From NCBI RefSeq assembly GCF_000196355.1, contig NC_007614.1, positions 2,700,001 through 2,732,000 of the forward strand: a DNA stretch of 32,000 nt, given 5' to 3'. Made by a program: the position numbers and the translations under genes. This document shows positions 10,315-21,365 of this stretch, in pieces. The notes below the pieces were generated by a model. The model ran no database searches, had not been told where the DNA came from, and saw only the letters and a list, made by a program, of their open reading frames with translations. Positions within the stretch are counted from its first letter, which is position 1, and each line of letters opens with the position of its first letter. Source of the DNA: Nitrosospira multiformis ATCC 25196. Lineage in GTDB: Bacteria > Pseudomonadota > Gammaproteobacteria > Burkholderiales > Nitrosomonadaceae.

Positions 10315-11621
10315 CGTTTGGACATCGGAGAAAACTTTGCGACAGACTCCATCGTATCACTGCCCCGCTTGAGTTTCAGCGGGAGCCATGTCCCTGGCGC
10401 CTGCCGTTTGACGATTTCCACGATATCGTTGAGCTGCTTGACAGGCAGCCCCGCGGCCTCGATGATCAAATCACTTTCACGTATATCCGCTTTCTCGGCG
10501 ATACTGCCCTTCTCCACTTGCAGCACGCGCGCACCCCCACCGTCCTGTGCCATCTCGAAGCGGATCCCCAGGCGCTGCCGGGGACGCTCATCCGCCGCCA
10601 GTGGCGGCAACGCCGTCCCGAATATCGCATCTGCTATGTCCGCTGTAAGCAGATCACATGAAGTACCGCTGTTCCAGGGGAGCAGCATTCCCGCATCCGT
10701 CACCCCCAGGTGCTTCAACTGGTGCGGAACACCGTAGCCATATTTGATATGCCCTGACCCCATGATCCCCACCACCAGGGGACGCTGAGGCCGGTCCAAT
10801 GCGGAATGAATGCCTTGCGCCATCGCCCGGTCCCACAGTTGCTGGCCTTCCACGAAGCGGCGAAAATCCGGATCGTCACGACCCGCACTGGCGCCCGCCT
10901 TTTTCTTGCCTGCGCGATCATGCTCGCCGTAGATCGGGAGCAGATAGTCAAGGTATGCATTGCTCGGTTCAGCGGGCGCCGTTACGCCTTCTCGTTCATT
11001 CTCCGGCACTCCCGCGAATCCCTTTGTCGCAACCGATCGCCTCAGGCGCGTATCGATGTTCAATGCCACCATCGGCACGCGATTCATGCGTGCGAAGTGG
11101 AACAGGGGCATATACATGGCTGCATCGGTGCTCCAGACCGTATTCCACTCGGAAGCAGCGAGAAACTGGGCTTCGGTAAGCTCGCCTGCCACCCACTGGT
11201 CGAGCGCCTTTTGCACCCTGCGCGGAAACATCTCGAAGCCGATCACCATGTCCGGCCGCTCCGCATGCAACGCGGCCAGCGTCTGCAACTGCCAGCGATG
11301 GTGCTCGGGATTATCGTGCGCTTCTCCCAGCAACACCACCGCCTGCCGGGCAGCTCGCCCGACAACATCGGTAATGGATATTTTCCCTGAACCGGAAACA
11401 GAACCGGGAACAGTCCATACTCCGACAGGGGCGCATTCACCGCCTTTCGCTTCCTTGTTGGCTTCCTTGCTCGTCTCTTTGTTGACTCCTCCATCCTCCT
11501 TGTACTTTTCCGTAGACGGTTTGGTCTGCGCGAAGGCAGTATCCGGGAAAATCCCCACGAATAACGTGGAAACGAGAAACACGAAAAGAGGCGCAACCGG
11601 TACAGCCTTAAAAATTTTCAA
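10311..11621 (-). CDS. ChaN-like (haem-binding uptake/iron-regulated lipoprotein) domain with C-terminal PDZ domain
   Basis: VVLLGEAHDNPEHHRWQLQTLAALHAERPDMVIGFEMFPRRVQKALDQW and VVGIMGSGHIKYGYGVPHQL are typical of ChaN. The C-terminus GSIAEKADIRESDLIIEAAGLPVKQLNDIVEIVKRQAPGTWLPLKLKRG is PDZ-like. Confidence 0.83.
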   Translation of the reverse strand: MKIFKAVPVAPLFVFLVSTLFVGIFPDTAFAQTKPSTEKYKEDGGVNKETSKEANKEAKGGECAPVGVWTVPGSVSGSGKISITDVVGRAARQAVVLLGEAHDNPEHHRWQLQTLAALHAERPDMVIGFEMFPRRVQKALDQWVAGELTEAQFLAASEWNTVWSTDAAMYMPLFHFARMNRVPMVALNIDTRLRRSVATKGFAGVPENEREGVTAPAEPSNAYLDYLLPIYGEHDRAGKKKAGASAGRDDPDFRRFVEGQQLWDRAMAQGIHSALDRPQRPLVVGIMGSGHIKYGYGVPHQLKHLGVTDAGMLLPWNSGTSCDLLTADIADAIFGTALPPLAADERPRQRLGIRFEMAQDGGGARVLQVEKGSIAEKADIRESDLIIEAAGLPVKQLNDIVEIVKRQAPGTWLPLKLKRGSDTMESVAKFSPMSKR

Positions 11622-11701
11622 CAGATACTCCTTATCAGATATCGATCCCGCAGCCCCACATGTGCCGCCGTGGCCGCGCTACAGGCGCTGCATCCGGGCA
11701 A

Positions 11702-11731
11702 AGGAATCCCGGATTAAGAACCGGGATTCCT
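11702..11731 (-). terminator. Perfect 11-bp inverted repeat just downstream of purL; terminator-like hairpin (short T-run only)
   Basis: AGGAATCCCGG (11702-11712), 8-nt loop ATTAAGAA, CCGGGATTCCT (11721-11731), starting about 6 nt past the purL stop. Confidence 0.6.
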
Positions 11732-11736
11732 GCGGG

Positions 11737-14700
11737 TTAACCTACCCACTTGCGCGCATTGCGGAACATTCTCATCCACGGCGTATCCTCGCGCCAGCCG
11801 GGATGCCATGACTGCTGCACTGCCCGAAAGCCGCGCTCCGGATGCGGCATGAAAACGCTGAATCTTCCATCGGCGGTTGTCATGCCGGCGATACCTTGTG
11901 GAGAGCCGTTGGGATTCAAGGGATAGACCTCGGTCGGCTTACCCCGATGATCCACATAACGCAATGCCACCAGGGATGAAACTGCTGAGGCAGCATTCTC
12001 ATCCGCAAATTCCGCATAGCCTTCTCCATGCGCAACAGCGATGGGCATGCGGCTGCCCGCCATGGCATCGAAAAACAGGGATGGACCGTGCTGCGCTTCG
12101 ACCATGACAAACCGTGCCTCGAATTGCTCCGATCTGTTTCTTACAAATCTGGGCCAATGCTCTGCGCCCGGAATAATCTGACGCAGATTGCTCATCATCT
12201 GGCAGCCATTGCATACACCAAGGGCAAAGGTGTCAGCACGCCCGAAAAAAGCCTCAAACTCATCACGGGCGCGCGCGTTGAACAGGATCGAATTAGCCCA
12301 GCCTTCCCCTGCTCCGAGCACATCCCCATAAGAAAACCCCCCGCACGCGGTGAAGCCCTTGTAATCCCTGAGGGTGACACGCCCATCGATGATATCGCTC
12401 ATATGCACGTCGATTACGGCAAATCCTGCGCGATCGAAAGCAGCTGCCATTTCCACGTGACCGTTCACACCCTGTTCGCGCAGCACCGCTATTTTTGGTT
12501 TCGCCCCTGCCTGAATGTAAGCTGCGCAGATGTCCTCATCCACATCAAAGGTGAGTTCCGCATGCAGCCCGGGGTCATGCAGATCGAGAATGCGGTCATA
12601 CTCCTGCTGCGCGCATTCCGGATTGTCGCGAAGCTTCTGCATGTGATAAGTGGTCTCCGACCAGGCGCGATGCAGGTCAATGCGCTTCTCCGAGAAGACC
12701 GCCTTATTATTGCGCAGAAACCGGATCTCATCCCCCTCATTGACACTGCCGATAACAAAACTCGCCTCGCCCAGGCCCGCTTCCGCCAAAACATTCAGCA
12801 CTTCCCGGCGGTGCTCTGTTCTTGTCTGAATGACAGCCCCCAGCTCTTCATTGAACAGGACTGCCATGAGGCTGGCCGTGAATCTTCCACCCAGCGCCTC
12901 AGGCTGCATCTCGCTGCCATCGATATCGTTGGCGATCGAATCAAAGCACAACTGATCCAGGTTGATGACCATGCCGGCATGCCCGGCAAAGGCCATTTCG
13001 CACAGCGTGGCAAGCATGCCTCCGTCGGAGCGATCGTGGTAGGCAATGATCCTGCCCTCACGGTTCAGGCGCTGTATAGCGGCAAAGAAACCTTTGAGCC
13101 GCACTGAACCCTCAACGCCTGCTATATCGGGGGCGACATCCCCTACCTGCTTGTAAACCTGGGCAAGGGCAGATCCCCCCAGACGATTGCGTCCCTCTCC
13201 CAGATCGATCAGGATGAGTTCTGTCTCCCCGCAGTCCGTGCGCAACTGAGGCGTCAGTGTCCTGCGCACATCCGTTACTCTCGCAAACGCGGAAACAATC
13301 AAGGAGAGGGGCGCAATCACTTCTTTTCGTACCGATTGGCCGAAACCGGCCTCAGTCTCCCAGACAGTCTTCATCGACATCGAATCCTTCCCCACGGGGA
13401 TGCTGATTCCCAAGTGAGGGCAGAATTCCATTCCCACGGCCTGCACTGCATCATACAGGGCAGCATCCTCCCCAGGATGTCCTGCTGCTGCCATCCAGTT
13501 GGCGGAAAGCTTGATTTCTCCAATGTGCTCGATCTGCGCCGCGGCAATGTTGGTTATGGCTTCTCCCACTGCCATGCGTGCCGAAGCAGCCGAGTCGATC
13601 AATGCCAAGGGTGTACGTTCACCCACCGCGAAAGCTTCGCCCAGATAGGTGTTGTAACCCATCACGGTAACCGCCACATCCGCTACCGGCACCTGCCAGG
13701 GTCCCACCATCTGATCACGCGCAGTCATGCCGCCGACGGTACGGTCCCCGATACTGATCAGAAAAGTCTTGTCCGCCACCGCAGGCAGTCGCAGCACGCG
13801 GTATGCCGCTTCCCGGAGATTCATTTCCGCCGCATCGAACGACGGCAACGCTTTCCTGATGTGCGTAACATCGCGCGTCATCTTCGGCGGCTTGCCCAGC
13901 AGTACCGAAAGATCCATGTCGACCGGCCGATTGCCGAACAACGGATCGGCGACAACAAGCTGGTCTTCCAGGGTCGCGGTGCCGACTACGGCGAAGGGGC
14001 AGCGCTCACGCTCGCAAATGGCCCGGAACAATTCCAGCGCATCCGGCCTGATGGCAAGCACATAACGCTCCTGAGCCTCATTGCTCCAGATCTGCATGGG
14101 CGACATGCCCGGCTCCTCCGACGGAATCGCCCGCAGATCAATACACCCACCGCGGCCGGAACCATGCAACAGTTCGGGCAGGGCGTTCGACAGCCCCCCC
14201 GCGCCGACGTCGTGAATCGACAGGATCGGGTTCGGTTCGCCGCGCCTTTCCATCTGCCAGCAACGATCGACGACCTCCTGCGCGCGCCGCTCCATTTCGG
14301 GGTTGCCACGCTGGACGGAATCAAAATCAAGGGCCTCCGCGTTTATTCCCGTATCCATGCTGGAAGCGGCGCCTCCCCCAAGCCCGATCAGCATTCCCGG
14401 TCCGCCCAGTTGAACCAGCAGAGCGCCCGATGCAAATTCCTGCTTGAGTGCATGCCTGCCGCTGATGTGGCCTATCCCGCCCGCCAGCATGATGGGTTTA
14501 TGGTAACCGCGCATTGCGCCTGCCACACGTTCTTCAAAGGTGCGGAAATAGCCGGCCAGGTTTGGACGCCCGAATTCATTATTGAATGCCGCGCCGCCGA
14601 TGGGTCCTTCCAGCATGATCTGCAGGGCGGAGGCGATGCGCTCCGGTTTACCGTAGGTTTGTTCCTCCGGTGCAGCCCCTTGCAATTCCCAAGGTTGAAT

Positions 14701-15783
14701 AAATTCAGGGATATTCAGATTGGAAACGGAGAAACCGCTAAGACCCGCTCTCGGCTTGGCCCCCCGCCCAGTAGCCCCCTCATCCCGAATTTCGCCCCCC
14801 ACGCCGGTCGCTGCGCCCGGATAGGGTGAGATCGCAGTCGGATGGTTATGGGTTTCCACTTTCATCAGGATATGGGTCTGCTCCTGCGCGTAATCATAGC
14901 AATTGTCTTTACCGGGATAGAAACGGGCAATTTCAGCGCCCTCGATGATGGCGGAATTATCAGCGTAAGCAACCACGGTTCCGCCCGGATGCTGCCGGTG
15001 GGTATTGCGTATCATCGAAAACAGGGAAGCTTCCCGCGGCACACCGTCGATGACCCAGTCCGCGTTGAAAATCTTGTGACGGCAATGCTCAGAATTTGCC
15101 TGCGCGAACATCATCAGTTCGACATCTGTCGGATTACGCCCGATCTGCAGGAAGTAGTCCGCAAAATAGTCGATTTCATCCGGCGACAACGCCAGTCCCA
15201 TTTTGCTGTTTACTTTCAGCAACGCGTCCCGCCCCCCTTCCAGCACATCCACTGCTTTGAATGGCAGGGGTTCGAAATGCCTGAACAACCGCTCCGCGTC
15301 GTCGAATGAATTGAATACTGCCTCGGTCATACGGTCGTGTATCAGTCCAAGCAATGACTGCCTGAGGGTAGCGGAAAGTTCGCCGGAAACCTTTTCCCTG
15401 ACTTCGACGTAATAAACCACTCCTCGTTCCAGTCGCGCCACGGCAGCCAGTCCGCAGTTGTGGGCGATATCGGTCGCCTTTGTGGACCATGGGGAGATGG
15501 TGCCCGGTCTTGGCACGACCAGAAACAATTCGCCTTGCGATGACGCCCGCGGCCTCCGGCTCGAACCGATACTTGTACCGCTTAATGAGATATCTTCAGG
15601 TACGGCCTTGAGCAGCCTGGCCAGAATGGAGATTTCGTTTTCCTGCAATGCACGCACCCCTGAGCAAAAATACCAATACTCGGCGCAAATATGGGAAACT
15701 TGGGGAACCGAAACCTTGAGAGCGGCGGTCAGTTTTTTCTGCCGGAAAGAGGAAAGCGCATTGCCGCCACGAAGTCTGAACAT
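11737..15783 (-). CDS. purL: Phosphoribosylformylglycinamidine synthase (large single-chain form)
   Basis: [51 protein letters not shown], a glutaminase domain ([37 protein letters not shown]) and the C-terminal [18 protein letters not shown]. Start taken at [13 protein letters not shown] (ATG at 15783). Confidence 0.97.
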   Translation of the reverse strand: MFRLRGGNALSSFRQKKLTAALKVSVPQVSHICAEYWYFCSGVRALQENEISILARLLKAVPEDISLSGTSIGSSRRPRASSQGELFLVVPRPGTISPWSTKATDIAHNCGLAAVARLERGVVYYVEVREKVSGELSATLRQSLLGLIHDRMTEAVFNSFDDAERLFRHFEPLPFKAVDVLEGGRDALLKVNSKMGLALSPDEIDYFADYFLQIGRNPTDVELMMFAQANSEHCRHKIFNADWVIDGVPREASLFSMIRNTHRQHPGGTVVAYADNSAIIEGAEIARFYPGKDNCYDYAQEQTHILMKVETHNHPTAISPYPGAATGVGGEIRDEGATGRGAKPRAGLSGFSVSNLNIPEFIQPWELQGAAPEEQTYGKPERIASALQIMLEGPIGGAAFNNEFGRPNLAGYFRTFEERVAGAMRGYHKPIMLAGGIGHISGRHALKQEFASGALLVQLGGPGMLIGLGGGAASSMDTGINAEALDFDSVQRGNPEMERRAQEVVDRCWQMERRGEPNPILSIHDVGAGGLSNALPELLHGSGRGGCIDLRAIPSEEPGMSPMQIWSNEAQERYVLAIRPDALELFRAICERERCPFAVVGTATLEDQLVVADPLFGNRPVDMDLSVLLGKPPKMTRDVTHIRKALPSFDAAEMNLREAAYRVLRLPAVADKTFLISIGDRTVGGMTARDQMVGPWQVPVADVAVTVMGYNTYLGEAFAVGERTPLALIDSAASARMAVGEAITNIAAAQIEHIGEIKLSANWMAAAGHPGEDAALYDAVQAVGMEFCPHLGISIPVGKDSMSMKTVWETEAGFGQSVRKEVIAPLSLIVSAFARVTDVRRTLTPQLRTDCGETELILIDLGEGRNRLGGSALAQVYKQVGDVAPDIAGVEGSVRLKGFFAAIQRLNREGRIIAYHDRSDGGMLATLCEMAFAGHAGMVINLDQLCFDSIANDIDGSEMQPEALGGRFTASLMAVLFNEELGAVIQTRTEHRREVLNVLAEAGLGEASFVIGSVNEGDEIRFLRNNKAVFSEKRIDLHRAWSETTYHMQKLRDNPECAQQEYDRILDLHDPGLHAELTFDVDEDICAAYIQAGAKPKIAVLREQGVNGHVEMAAAFDRAGFAVIDVHMSDIIDGRVTLRDYKGFTACGGFSYGDVLGAGEGWANSILFNARARDEFEAFFGRADTFALGVCNGCQMMSNLRQIIPGAEHWPRFVRNRSEQFEARFVMVEAQHGPSLFFDAMAGSRMPIAVAHGEGYAEFADENAASAVSSLVALRYVDHRGKPTEVYPLNPNGSPQGIAGMTTADGRFSVFMPHPERGFRAVQQSWHPGWREDTPWMRMFRNARKWVG

Positions 15784-15870
15784 CCGGAAGATAAAGATGA
15801 TGGGAAAGAACGTGATTTTACACGAGAAGCCCGGCTGCCCCCAGTCCGGCAAGACGTAGAGGCGGATCGG

Positions 15871-17439
15871 ATGAACGCGCTCAAGAACAATCTATCCACT
15901 GCCATTTACTCCACGGCTGAGATCAGAGAAATCGAACACCTGGCGGCCGGCCTGCCGGGCCGGCCTCAATTGATGGAAGCAGCCGGGCTCGCCGCCGCTG
16001 AAATTGCCCGTGACCGGCTGCTCTCCCCCCATAAACCCCGCTTGCTGGTACTGGCGGGGCCCGGGAACAACGGGGGCGATGCCTTTGTCGCGGCGCGCCA
16101 CCTGCGGGAGTGGGGGTTCAAGGTAACGCTGGTGTTTACCGGCGAGCAGGCAAAGTTATCGGCGGATGCGCTGCGGGCGCTGAATGCCTGGGTTGCCACC
16201 GGCGCTGGGATGGTCTCCGAAATTCCGGAAAATGAAACATGGGATGCCGTGATCGACGGCTTGTTCGGTATTGGTCTGGACCAGCAAGGCGGACGAGAAC
16301 TGGGCGGCAAATATCTGGCTATGGTGAATACCGTTAACGCCATGATGCTGCCGGTGCTGTCCATCGATATTCCCAGCGGTCTGGGCAGCGATACCGGCGC
16401 TGTGTGCGGCGCGGCTATCATCGCGACCATGACGGCGACATTCATTGGCCTGAAACCCGGCCTCTTCACGAATGAGGGCCCCGATTATTGCGGGAAAGTT
16501 TTTTTGCACGACCTTGATCTCGATGTCTCATCCCTGAAGAAACCCGATGCGTGGCTGATGGACCAGATGCACATCCGGCGGCTCCTGCCCCCTCCCCGGC
16601 GGGCTAACAGTCACAAGGGCATGTTCGGCAGTATCGGGGTAATCGGAGGAACAGCCGGCATGGTCGGGGCTGCGCTTCTGGCGGGTACAGCGGCGCTGAA
16701 ACTGGGTGCCGGACGCGTTTACCTGGGATTGATGGCGCCGGACGCGCCAGCGGTCGACACCTTCCAGCCGGAACTGATGCTGCGCCCTATCCAGGATCTG
16801 TTCAAGCTGGAGCAGCTGAACTGTCTGGTGGTTGGTCCGGGTTTGGGAACGGAAACCGCCGCATACTTCTGGCTCAAGTGCGCGCTGCAAACCACTCTAC
16901 CACTGGTTCTCGATGCAGATGGCTTGAATCTCGTTGCCTCGCATTCCGAAATAGCGGGATTGCTGCGGGAACGGTTGCGCGAACGCCATGCGCCTTCCAT
17001 TCTCACTCCTCATCCGGCCGAAGCCGCCCGCCTCCTGAAAAGCACCACGACTTCCGTACAACAGGACCGGATGGCAGCCGCTGCGGAGCTGGCCCAGCGT
17101 TTTAACTGCTGGATTGTGTTGAAAGGCGCAGGCAGCGTGTGCGCGATGCCGGAGGGCAGACGCTTCATCAACACAAGTGGAAATCCCGGCTTAAGCAGCG
17201 CAGGAACGGGCGATATCCTCTCCGGGATGATTGGCGCCTTTCTGGCACAGCGATCGAGCCCGGAAAACGCGCTGCTCGCTGCTGTATACCTGCACGGAGC
17301 GGCTGCCGACGTATTGCAGAAGCAGTATGGCGGCGGCATTGGAATGACCGCCTCCGAAATTCCCAACGTCGCCCGTAACCTGTTGAACCAATGGATTGCC
17401 GTTAATTCTGCCCCGGCCCCTCACCAGCAAGAAGGCTGA
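15871..17439 (+). CDS. nnr: Bifunctional NAD(P)H-hydrate epimerase / ADP-dependent NAD(P)H-hydrate dehydratase
   Basis: N-terminal YjeF_N ([43 protein letters not shown]) and C-terminal carbohydrate-kinase-like domain ([78 protein letters not shown]). Start at MNALKNN. Confidence 0.94.
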   Translation: MNALKNNLSTAIYSTAEIREIEHLAAGLPGRPQLMEAAGLAAAEIARDRLLSPHKPRLLVLAGPGNNGGDAFVAARHLREWGFKVTLVFTGEQAKLSADALRALNAWVATGAGMVSEIPENETWDAVIDGLFGIGLDQQGGRELGGKYLAMVNTVNAMMLPVLSIDIPSGLGSDTGAVCGAAIIATMTATFIGLKPGLFTNEGPDYCGKVFLHDLDLDVSSLKKPDAWLMDQMHIRRLLPPPRRANSHKGMFGSIGVIGGTAGMVGAALLAGTAALKLGAGRVYLGLMAPDAPAVDTFQPELMLRPIQDLFKLEQLNCLVVGPGLGTETAAYFWLKCALQTTLPLVLDADGLNLVASHSEIAGLLRERLRERHAPSILTPHPAEAARLLKSTTTSVQQDRMAAAAELAQRFNCWIVLKGAGSVCAMPEGRRFINTSGNPGLSSAGTGDILSGMIGAFLAQRSSPENALLAAVYLHGAAADVLQKQYGGGIGMTASEIPNVARNLLNQWIAVNSAPAPHQQEG

Positions 17440-17610
17440 AGAGTCCAAAAGGGTCACCAAAAGATCCGAGAAATCCCAAAGGCCGTGATTCAAGGCGCCT
17501 TTCCGCCTGCATTGCGAAATGCCGGGATTACCTCAGCCTGCCGCCTCTTCAGTTGTCATTGCTCATTGCTATTCGCCACGGTTTCAGAGGTAGTACGTGG
17601 CGCGAATGTA

Positions 17611-18027
17611 TTATGGCATTTCGCTGATGGTCCAATATGCATCGATTGACCTTATGACCTCGACGAATTGCCAGTAGTCAACCGGCTTCGACATATATCC
17701 AGCCACGCCGAAATCGAAACTGTTTACCTTGTCCTGCTGTTCATCCGATGTCGTCAGAACCACTACCGGGATACGCCTAAACCTGTCATCGCTCTTTACC
17801 GCTTCCAGGAATTCGATGCCGTTCATGATGGGCATGTTCAAATCCAGCAGAATGATGCAGGGTTTATCATTGGTTTCATCCTGAAGGTAGTTCAATCCGT
17901 CTTCGCCGTTCTCCCGGTGCACGATCTTATTGCTAACGTGAATCTGCTTGAGAGCGCGGGTCACGGACATCATGTCCACCTGGTCATCTTCGACCAGAAG
18001 AATTGGCCTGTTGGTTACCTTCATCAC
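17611..18027 (-). CDS. Stand-alone response regulator (Rcp1/CheY-like single receiver)
   Basis: PILLVEDDQVDMMSVTRAL, IILLDLNMPIMNGIEFLEAVK, VVVLTTSDEQQD, GVAGYMSKPVDYWQF: complete set of receiver residues. Confidence 0.93.
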   Translation of the reverse strand: MMKVTNRPILLVEDDQVDMMSVTRALKQIHVSNKIVHRENGEDGLNYLQDETNDKPCIILLDLNMPIMNGIEFLEAVKSDDRFRRIPVVVLTTSDEQQDKVNSFDFGVAGYMSKPVDYWQFVEVIRSIDAYWTISEMP

Positions 18028-18332
18028 AGTTTTCCTGGTTTTATCCTCTGGTTTTATCCAGGAGATGTTCTCTCAGCTAATGCAAACTGAGGCACTTGGG
18101 TATGATTTATTACTTATCCCGCTCCATTCTGTTCGTTTTCCCACATAGCCCGCCTGAAACAGTCAAAGCAGGGTAAGAATGAAAGTTAAAGGCTGAGGTA
18201 ATAAACAAAAACCACAAGCCTTCACTTCCTATCGCCCCCCGGCTTTTCCCCGCACTTTTCGGACGCTTGCACAATTAATGAACTGAGTCCCAGGAATCGG
18301 GGCCTCGCCCTTGCGTATCGAGGGGGCTCGAG

Positions 18333-19154
18333 GTGTACTTCAGTCCAATGGAGAAAAGTGAGGAAAAAGAAATAATATGCCGCATGTTCAATTCTCCCCT
18401 ACCCCACCCAAGCCAGAACCATCTCCTTGCCGCTTTGCCGGCAATGGAACTGGGCGATTTAATACCGCATCTGGAGCTGATTCATATGCGGGCTGGAGAT
18501 ATTCTCTGCGAAGCAGGGGATCAGCTTCCTTATGCCTACTTTCCCGCTTCTGCCATTATTTCCCTCCATTACATTCTGGAAAATGGCGCCTCGTCGGAAA
18601 TCGCAAACGTAGGAAGGGAAGGTATGCTTGGAGTCTCGTTGTTCATGGGGGGCGAGACTAGCAGCAACTGGGCAACAGTTCAAATCCCGGGCTTCGCCTA
18701 CCGCCTGAAGGCCGCATTTCTGTCACAGGAACTCAAGAGGGGCGGACAGCTACAATGGATATTGCTGCGTTACAGCCAGGCGCTTATTACACAGATCGCC
18801 CAGATCGGGGTGTGTAACCGATATCATACAATCGAGCAGCAGTTATGCCGTTGGTTCCTGTTAACGTTGGATCGCCTTGACTCCAGTGAACTGAGCATGA
18901 CCCAGGAATTGATCGCCAATGCCCTTGGGGTAAGCCGGGAAAGCGTTGCAGGAGTTGCGGGAAAATTACAAGGAAGGGGAATCATTCGCTACCAGCGCGG
19001 CCATATTACGGTACTTAACCGTACCGGGCTGGAAACAGGAGCGTGCGAATGCTATGAAACGATAAAGAAGGAATTTGACGACGCGCTTGATGACGTCCGG
19101 AAGCCCACGTTACATCAAGGCGATCAGTCATCCAAGACACTGCCACTCCTGTAG
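18333..19154 (+). CDS. Crp/Fnr-family transcriptional regulator with unusual cyclic-nucleotide-like domain
   Basis: Cupin-like domain (RAGDILCEAGDQLPYAYFPASAIISLHYILENGASSEIANVGREGMLGVSLFMG) and HTH_Crp (LSMTQELIANALGVSRESVAGVAGKLQGRGIIRYQRGHITVLNRTGLE). Possible start at 18345. Confidence 0.87.
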   Translation: MYFSPMEKSEEKEIICRMFNSPLPHPSQNHLLAALPAMELGDLIPHLELIHMRAGDILCEAGDQLPYAYFPASAIISLHYILENGASSEIANVGREGMLGVSLFMGGETSSNWATVQIPGFAYRLKAAFLSQELKRGGQLQWILLRYSQALITQIAQIGVCNRYHTIEQQLCRWFLLTLDRLDSSELSMTQELIANALGVSRESVAGVAGKLQGRGIIRYQRGHITVLNRTGLETGACECYETIKKEFDDALDDVRKPTLHQGDQSSKTLPLL

Positions 19155-19690
19155 TATCCCTATCCGTATTTCGCTCGCCCCGCTCTGTAAGTTTCCACAG
19201 GCAGTTCCATGGGAGGGCCTTCTCATCTCCTCACCTCCACGCAGTCCCAAGCGGCGACCAAGTCGATATATCAGGTGGCTTGTTTCACCCATGAACGTGC
19301 GGCTTTTTCTTCCTTACTGTCATGGAGAATTTGGTGTATGCGGGCTGCCGCACAGAAAGAAAATTGAAACAGAGCTATAAAGGGTGCGTTGATCCCGATT
19401 GATAAGGGGAAGGGGATAGAGGCGCTCAGATCGATCTCAGGTCGATCGCCTGGATAGAAATGGAATTTATGGCAACACTGTCCCATTAGCCGAATTGGCA
19501 CTCTGTCCCCCAATCTCGGGTCTTTCTTTTTTGCCGCAGCGCCTTATCGTTACTCCTATCTACTACTGCTGTTCTGCTTCCCTCTTCAAAAGCAGAAGCA
19601 ACAGCAGGAAGGTGGCATATCCAGGATGCAACGAAATGTGGCGGAAGATGTGGCAGTTTTCATGGTTCATGATGAATAAGGAGATTCAAG

Positions 19691-20293
19691 ATGGCAGTGC
19701 TTGTTACACACCCTGCACCCGATTTCACAAAACCTGCTGTTCTGGCAGATGGCACCTTCAATGACAACTTCAACTTTCATGCGCAAATTGCTGGTAAATA
19801 TGCCGTATTGTTCTTTTATCCTCTGGATTTCACCTTTGTCTGTCCCTCCGAAATCATTGCGCACTCGCATCGCATAGAGGAGTTTCGCAAGCGCAACGTG
19901 GAAGTGATTGGAGTCTCGGTGGATTCCCAGTTCACCCACTACGCGTGGCGCAACACCCCTGTCGACAAAGGCGGCATTGGTCCGGTGGGAATCACGCTGG
20001 TATCCGACGTAGGGGGAGACATCATGCACGCTTACGGCATTGCCCACCCGGACCACGTTGCCCTGCGCGCCTCTTTCCTGATAGATAAAAACACCATCGT
20101 GCGCCACGAAGTCGTTAACGACCTGCCCCTGGGGCGGGATGTAGACGAAATGCTGCGCATGGTCGATGCCCTGCAATTTCACGAAAGCCATGGAGAGGTG
20201 TGCCCGGCCGGGTGGAAAGCAGGTGAACCCGGAATGAAAGCCAGTCCCGAGGGTGTGGCGGAATATCTGGAAAGTCATGGCGAAGCGCTCTGA
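19691..20293 (+). CDS. 2-Cys peroxiredoxin (AhpC/TSA family)
   Basis: FFYPLDFTFVCPSEIIAHSHR with peroxidatic Cys, resolving HGEVCPAGWKAGE; SD-like aaggagattcaag before the ATG. Confidence 0.96.
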   Translation: MAVLVTHPAPDFTKPAVLADGTFNDNFNFHAQIAGKYAVLFFYPLDFTFVCPSEIIAHSHRIEEFRKRNVEVIGVSVDSQFTHYAWRNTPVDKGGIGPVGITLVSDVGGDIMHAYGIAHPDHVALRASFLIDKNTIVRHEVVNDLPLGRDVDEMLRMVDALQFHESHGEVCPAGWKAGEPGMKASPEGVAEYLESHGEAL

Positions 20294-20349
20294 CGCAACG
20301 AACCTGCACCTCCTTGAACTCCTCTCCTGTAACCATAAGGGTGAAACAC

Positions 20350-20811
20350 ATGGATTTCGATAAAGACAAGGCGATCGCGCTGCTGAACCGAATCATGGAA
20401 CTCGAGCTTGCCGGAGTAGTGCGATACACGCATTATTCATTGATGGTCTTCGGCTACAACCGGATTCCAGTGGTGGAATGGCTCAAGAAGCAGGCTGAAG
20501 AAGGATTGCTCCACGCGCATAGAGCCGGAGAACTCGTCACGTTACTGGGAGGCTATCCTTCGCTTGGGATCGGATCTCTGCTGGAAACGCACGTGCATGA
20601 CATCGGCGATATTCTGCGGGAATCGCTGGAGCATGAGAACAAGTCGCTTACTGCCTACTACGAGCTGCTGGAGCTGACCCAGGGCAAGTCAGTGCTGCTG
20701 GAGGATTATGCGCGTGGCCTTGTCGTCGAAGAGGAAATGCATGCGGACGAAGTCAACAAGATGTTGCGGAGAACGGGAAAAACAGGCGTGTACGAAACGT
20801 CGAAGAGTTAG
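20350..20811 (+). CDS. Bacterioferritin/DPS-like ferritin-fold protein
   Basis: MDFDKDKAIALLNRIMELELAGVVRYTHYSLMVFGYNRIPVVEWLKKQAEEGLLHAHRAGE...HENKSLTAYYELL...VEEEMHADEVNKMLR: ferritin-like four-helix metal ligands. The ORF opens at 20314 but ATG 20350 fits the family start. Confidence 0.85.
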   Translation: MDFDKDKAIALLNRIMELELAGVVRYTHYSLMVFGYNRIPVVEWLKKQAEEGLLHAHRAGELVTLLGGYPSLGIGSLLETHVHDIGDILRESLEHENKSLTAYYELLELTQGKSVLLEDYARGLVVEEEMHADEVNKMLRRTGKTGVYETSKS

Positions 20812-20869
20812 GTATGCAGGAATTGATCCCTCCTGGAATCATTGCCGGTTGAAAGCGATGCAGATTGCC

Positions 20870-21070
20870 TTAGTCCTCGCCTGTCTTAGGGCTGTAAACC
20901 ATTCCGCTTAACTGAATCATCAGGTCAATTTCACTTTCGTCCTCATCCAGGTCCTGATCGCCTTGATCGAATTCGTAGAATTCGGTCAACGAAGAAAGTG
21001 GATCGTGCTCCGCGACATCGGCGGATCTCAGGGAAAGGAATGGTTGCAACATTACATCCGCCAGGCTCAT
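20870..21070 (-). CDS. Small acidic protein of unknown function (66 aa), second gene of a coupled pair
   Basis: MSLADVMLQPFLSLRSADVAEHDPLSSLTEFYEFDQGDQDLDEDESEIDLMIQLSGMVYSPKTGED; preceded by AGGAGG about 5 nt before the ATG and overlapping the upstream stop as ATGA. Confidence 0.55.
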   Translation of the reverse strand: MSLADVMLQPFLSLRSADVAEHDPLSSLTEFYEFDQGDQDLDEDESEIDLMIQLSGMVYSPKTGED

Positions 21071-21300
21071 ACGCTCCTCCTGGATCCGGATAGACGTGTA
21101 AACACGGGGAGCAAGAGAGCTTCAAAGCTGGGCAAGGTAGCCGGGACACCGGTAGCAACATACTCTGTCTCTCCGGTGGGAGCTATATAAGCAGCAGAAC
21201 CTTCACCGATCAGCGGGGAGATTCCCTTCCAAACACGATTCATGATGACCGCGCTTGAGGGTGAGATTGCGATCACTAATGCAGGTAGCCGGAATTTCAT
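21067..21300 (-). CDS. Small protein of unknown function (77 aa), first gene of a coupled pair
   Basis: MKFRLPALVIAISPSSAVIMNRVWKGISPLIGEGSAAYIAPTGETEYVATGVPATLPSFEALLLPVFTRLSGSRRSV; preceded on the minus strand by AAAGGAGGCAAATC-ATG, a strong Shine-Dalgarno site. Confidence 0.55.
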   Translation of the reverse strand: MKFRLPALVIAISPSSAVIMNRVWKGISPLIGEGSAAYIAPTGETEYVATGVPATLPSFEALLLPVFTRLSGSRRSV

Positions 21301-21365
21301 GATTTGCCTCCTTTGAGCAATCCAGTCAATATCATTTGAAACCTTTGTCAGCTTGTACAGGCTAC

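Noticed and set aside
9511-10737. 408-aa + strand ORF opposite the M1-like peptidase and chaN
   Set aside because: Shadow ORF antisense to well-supported coding sequence; composition is Arg/His/Pro-rich with no family resemblance.
12028-14829. Long + strand ORFs of 359 aa (12028..13107) and 497 aa (13336..14829)
   Set aside because: Both lie entirely antisense to purL motifs; typical high-GC shadow ORFs.
19271-19513. 80-aa minus-strand ORF between the Crp/Fnr and peroxiredoxin genes
   Set aside because: No recognisable motif and no clear ribosome-binding site examined; coding status cannot be supported.
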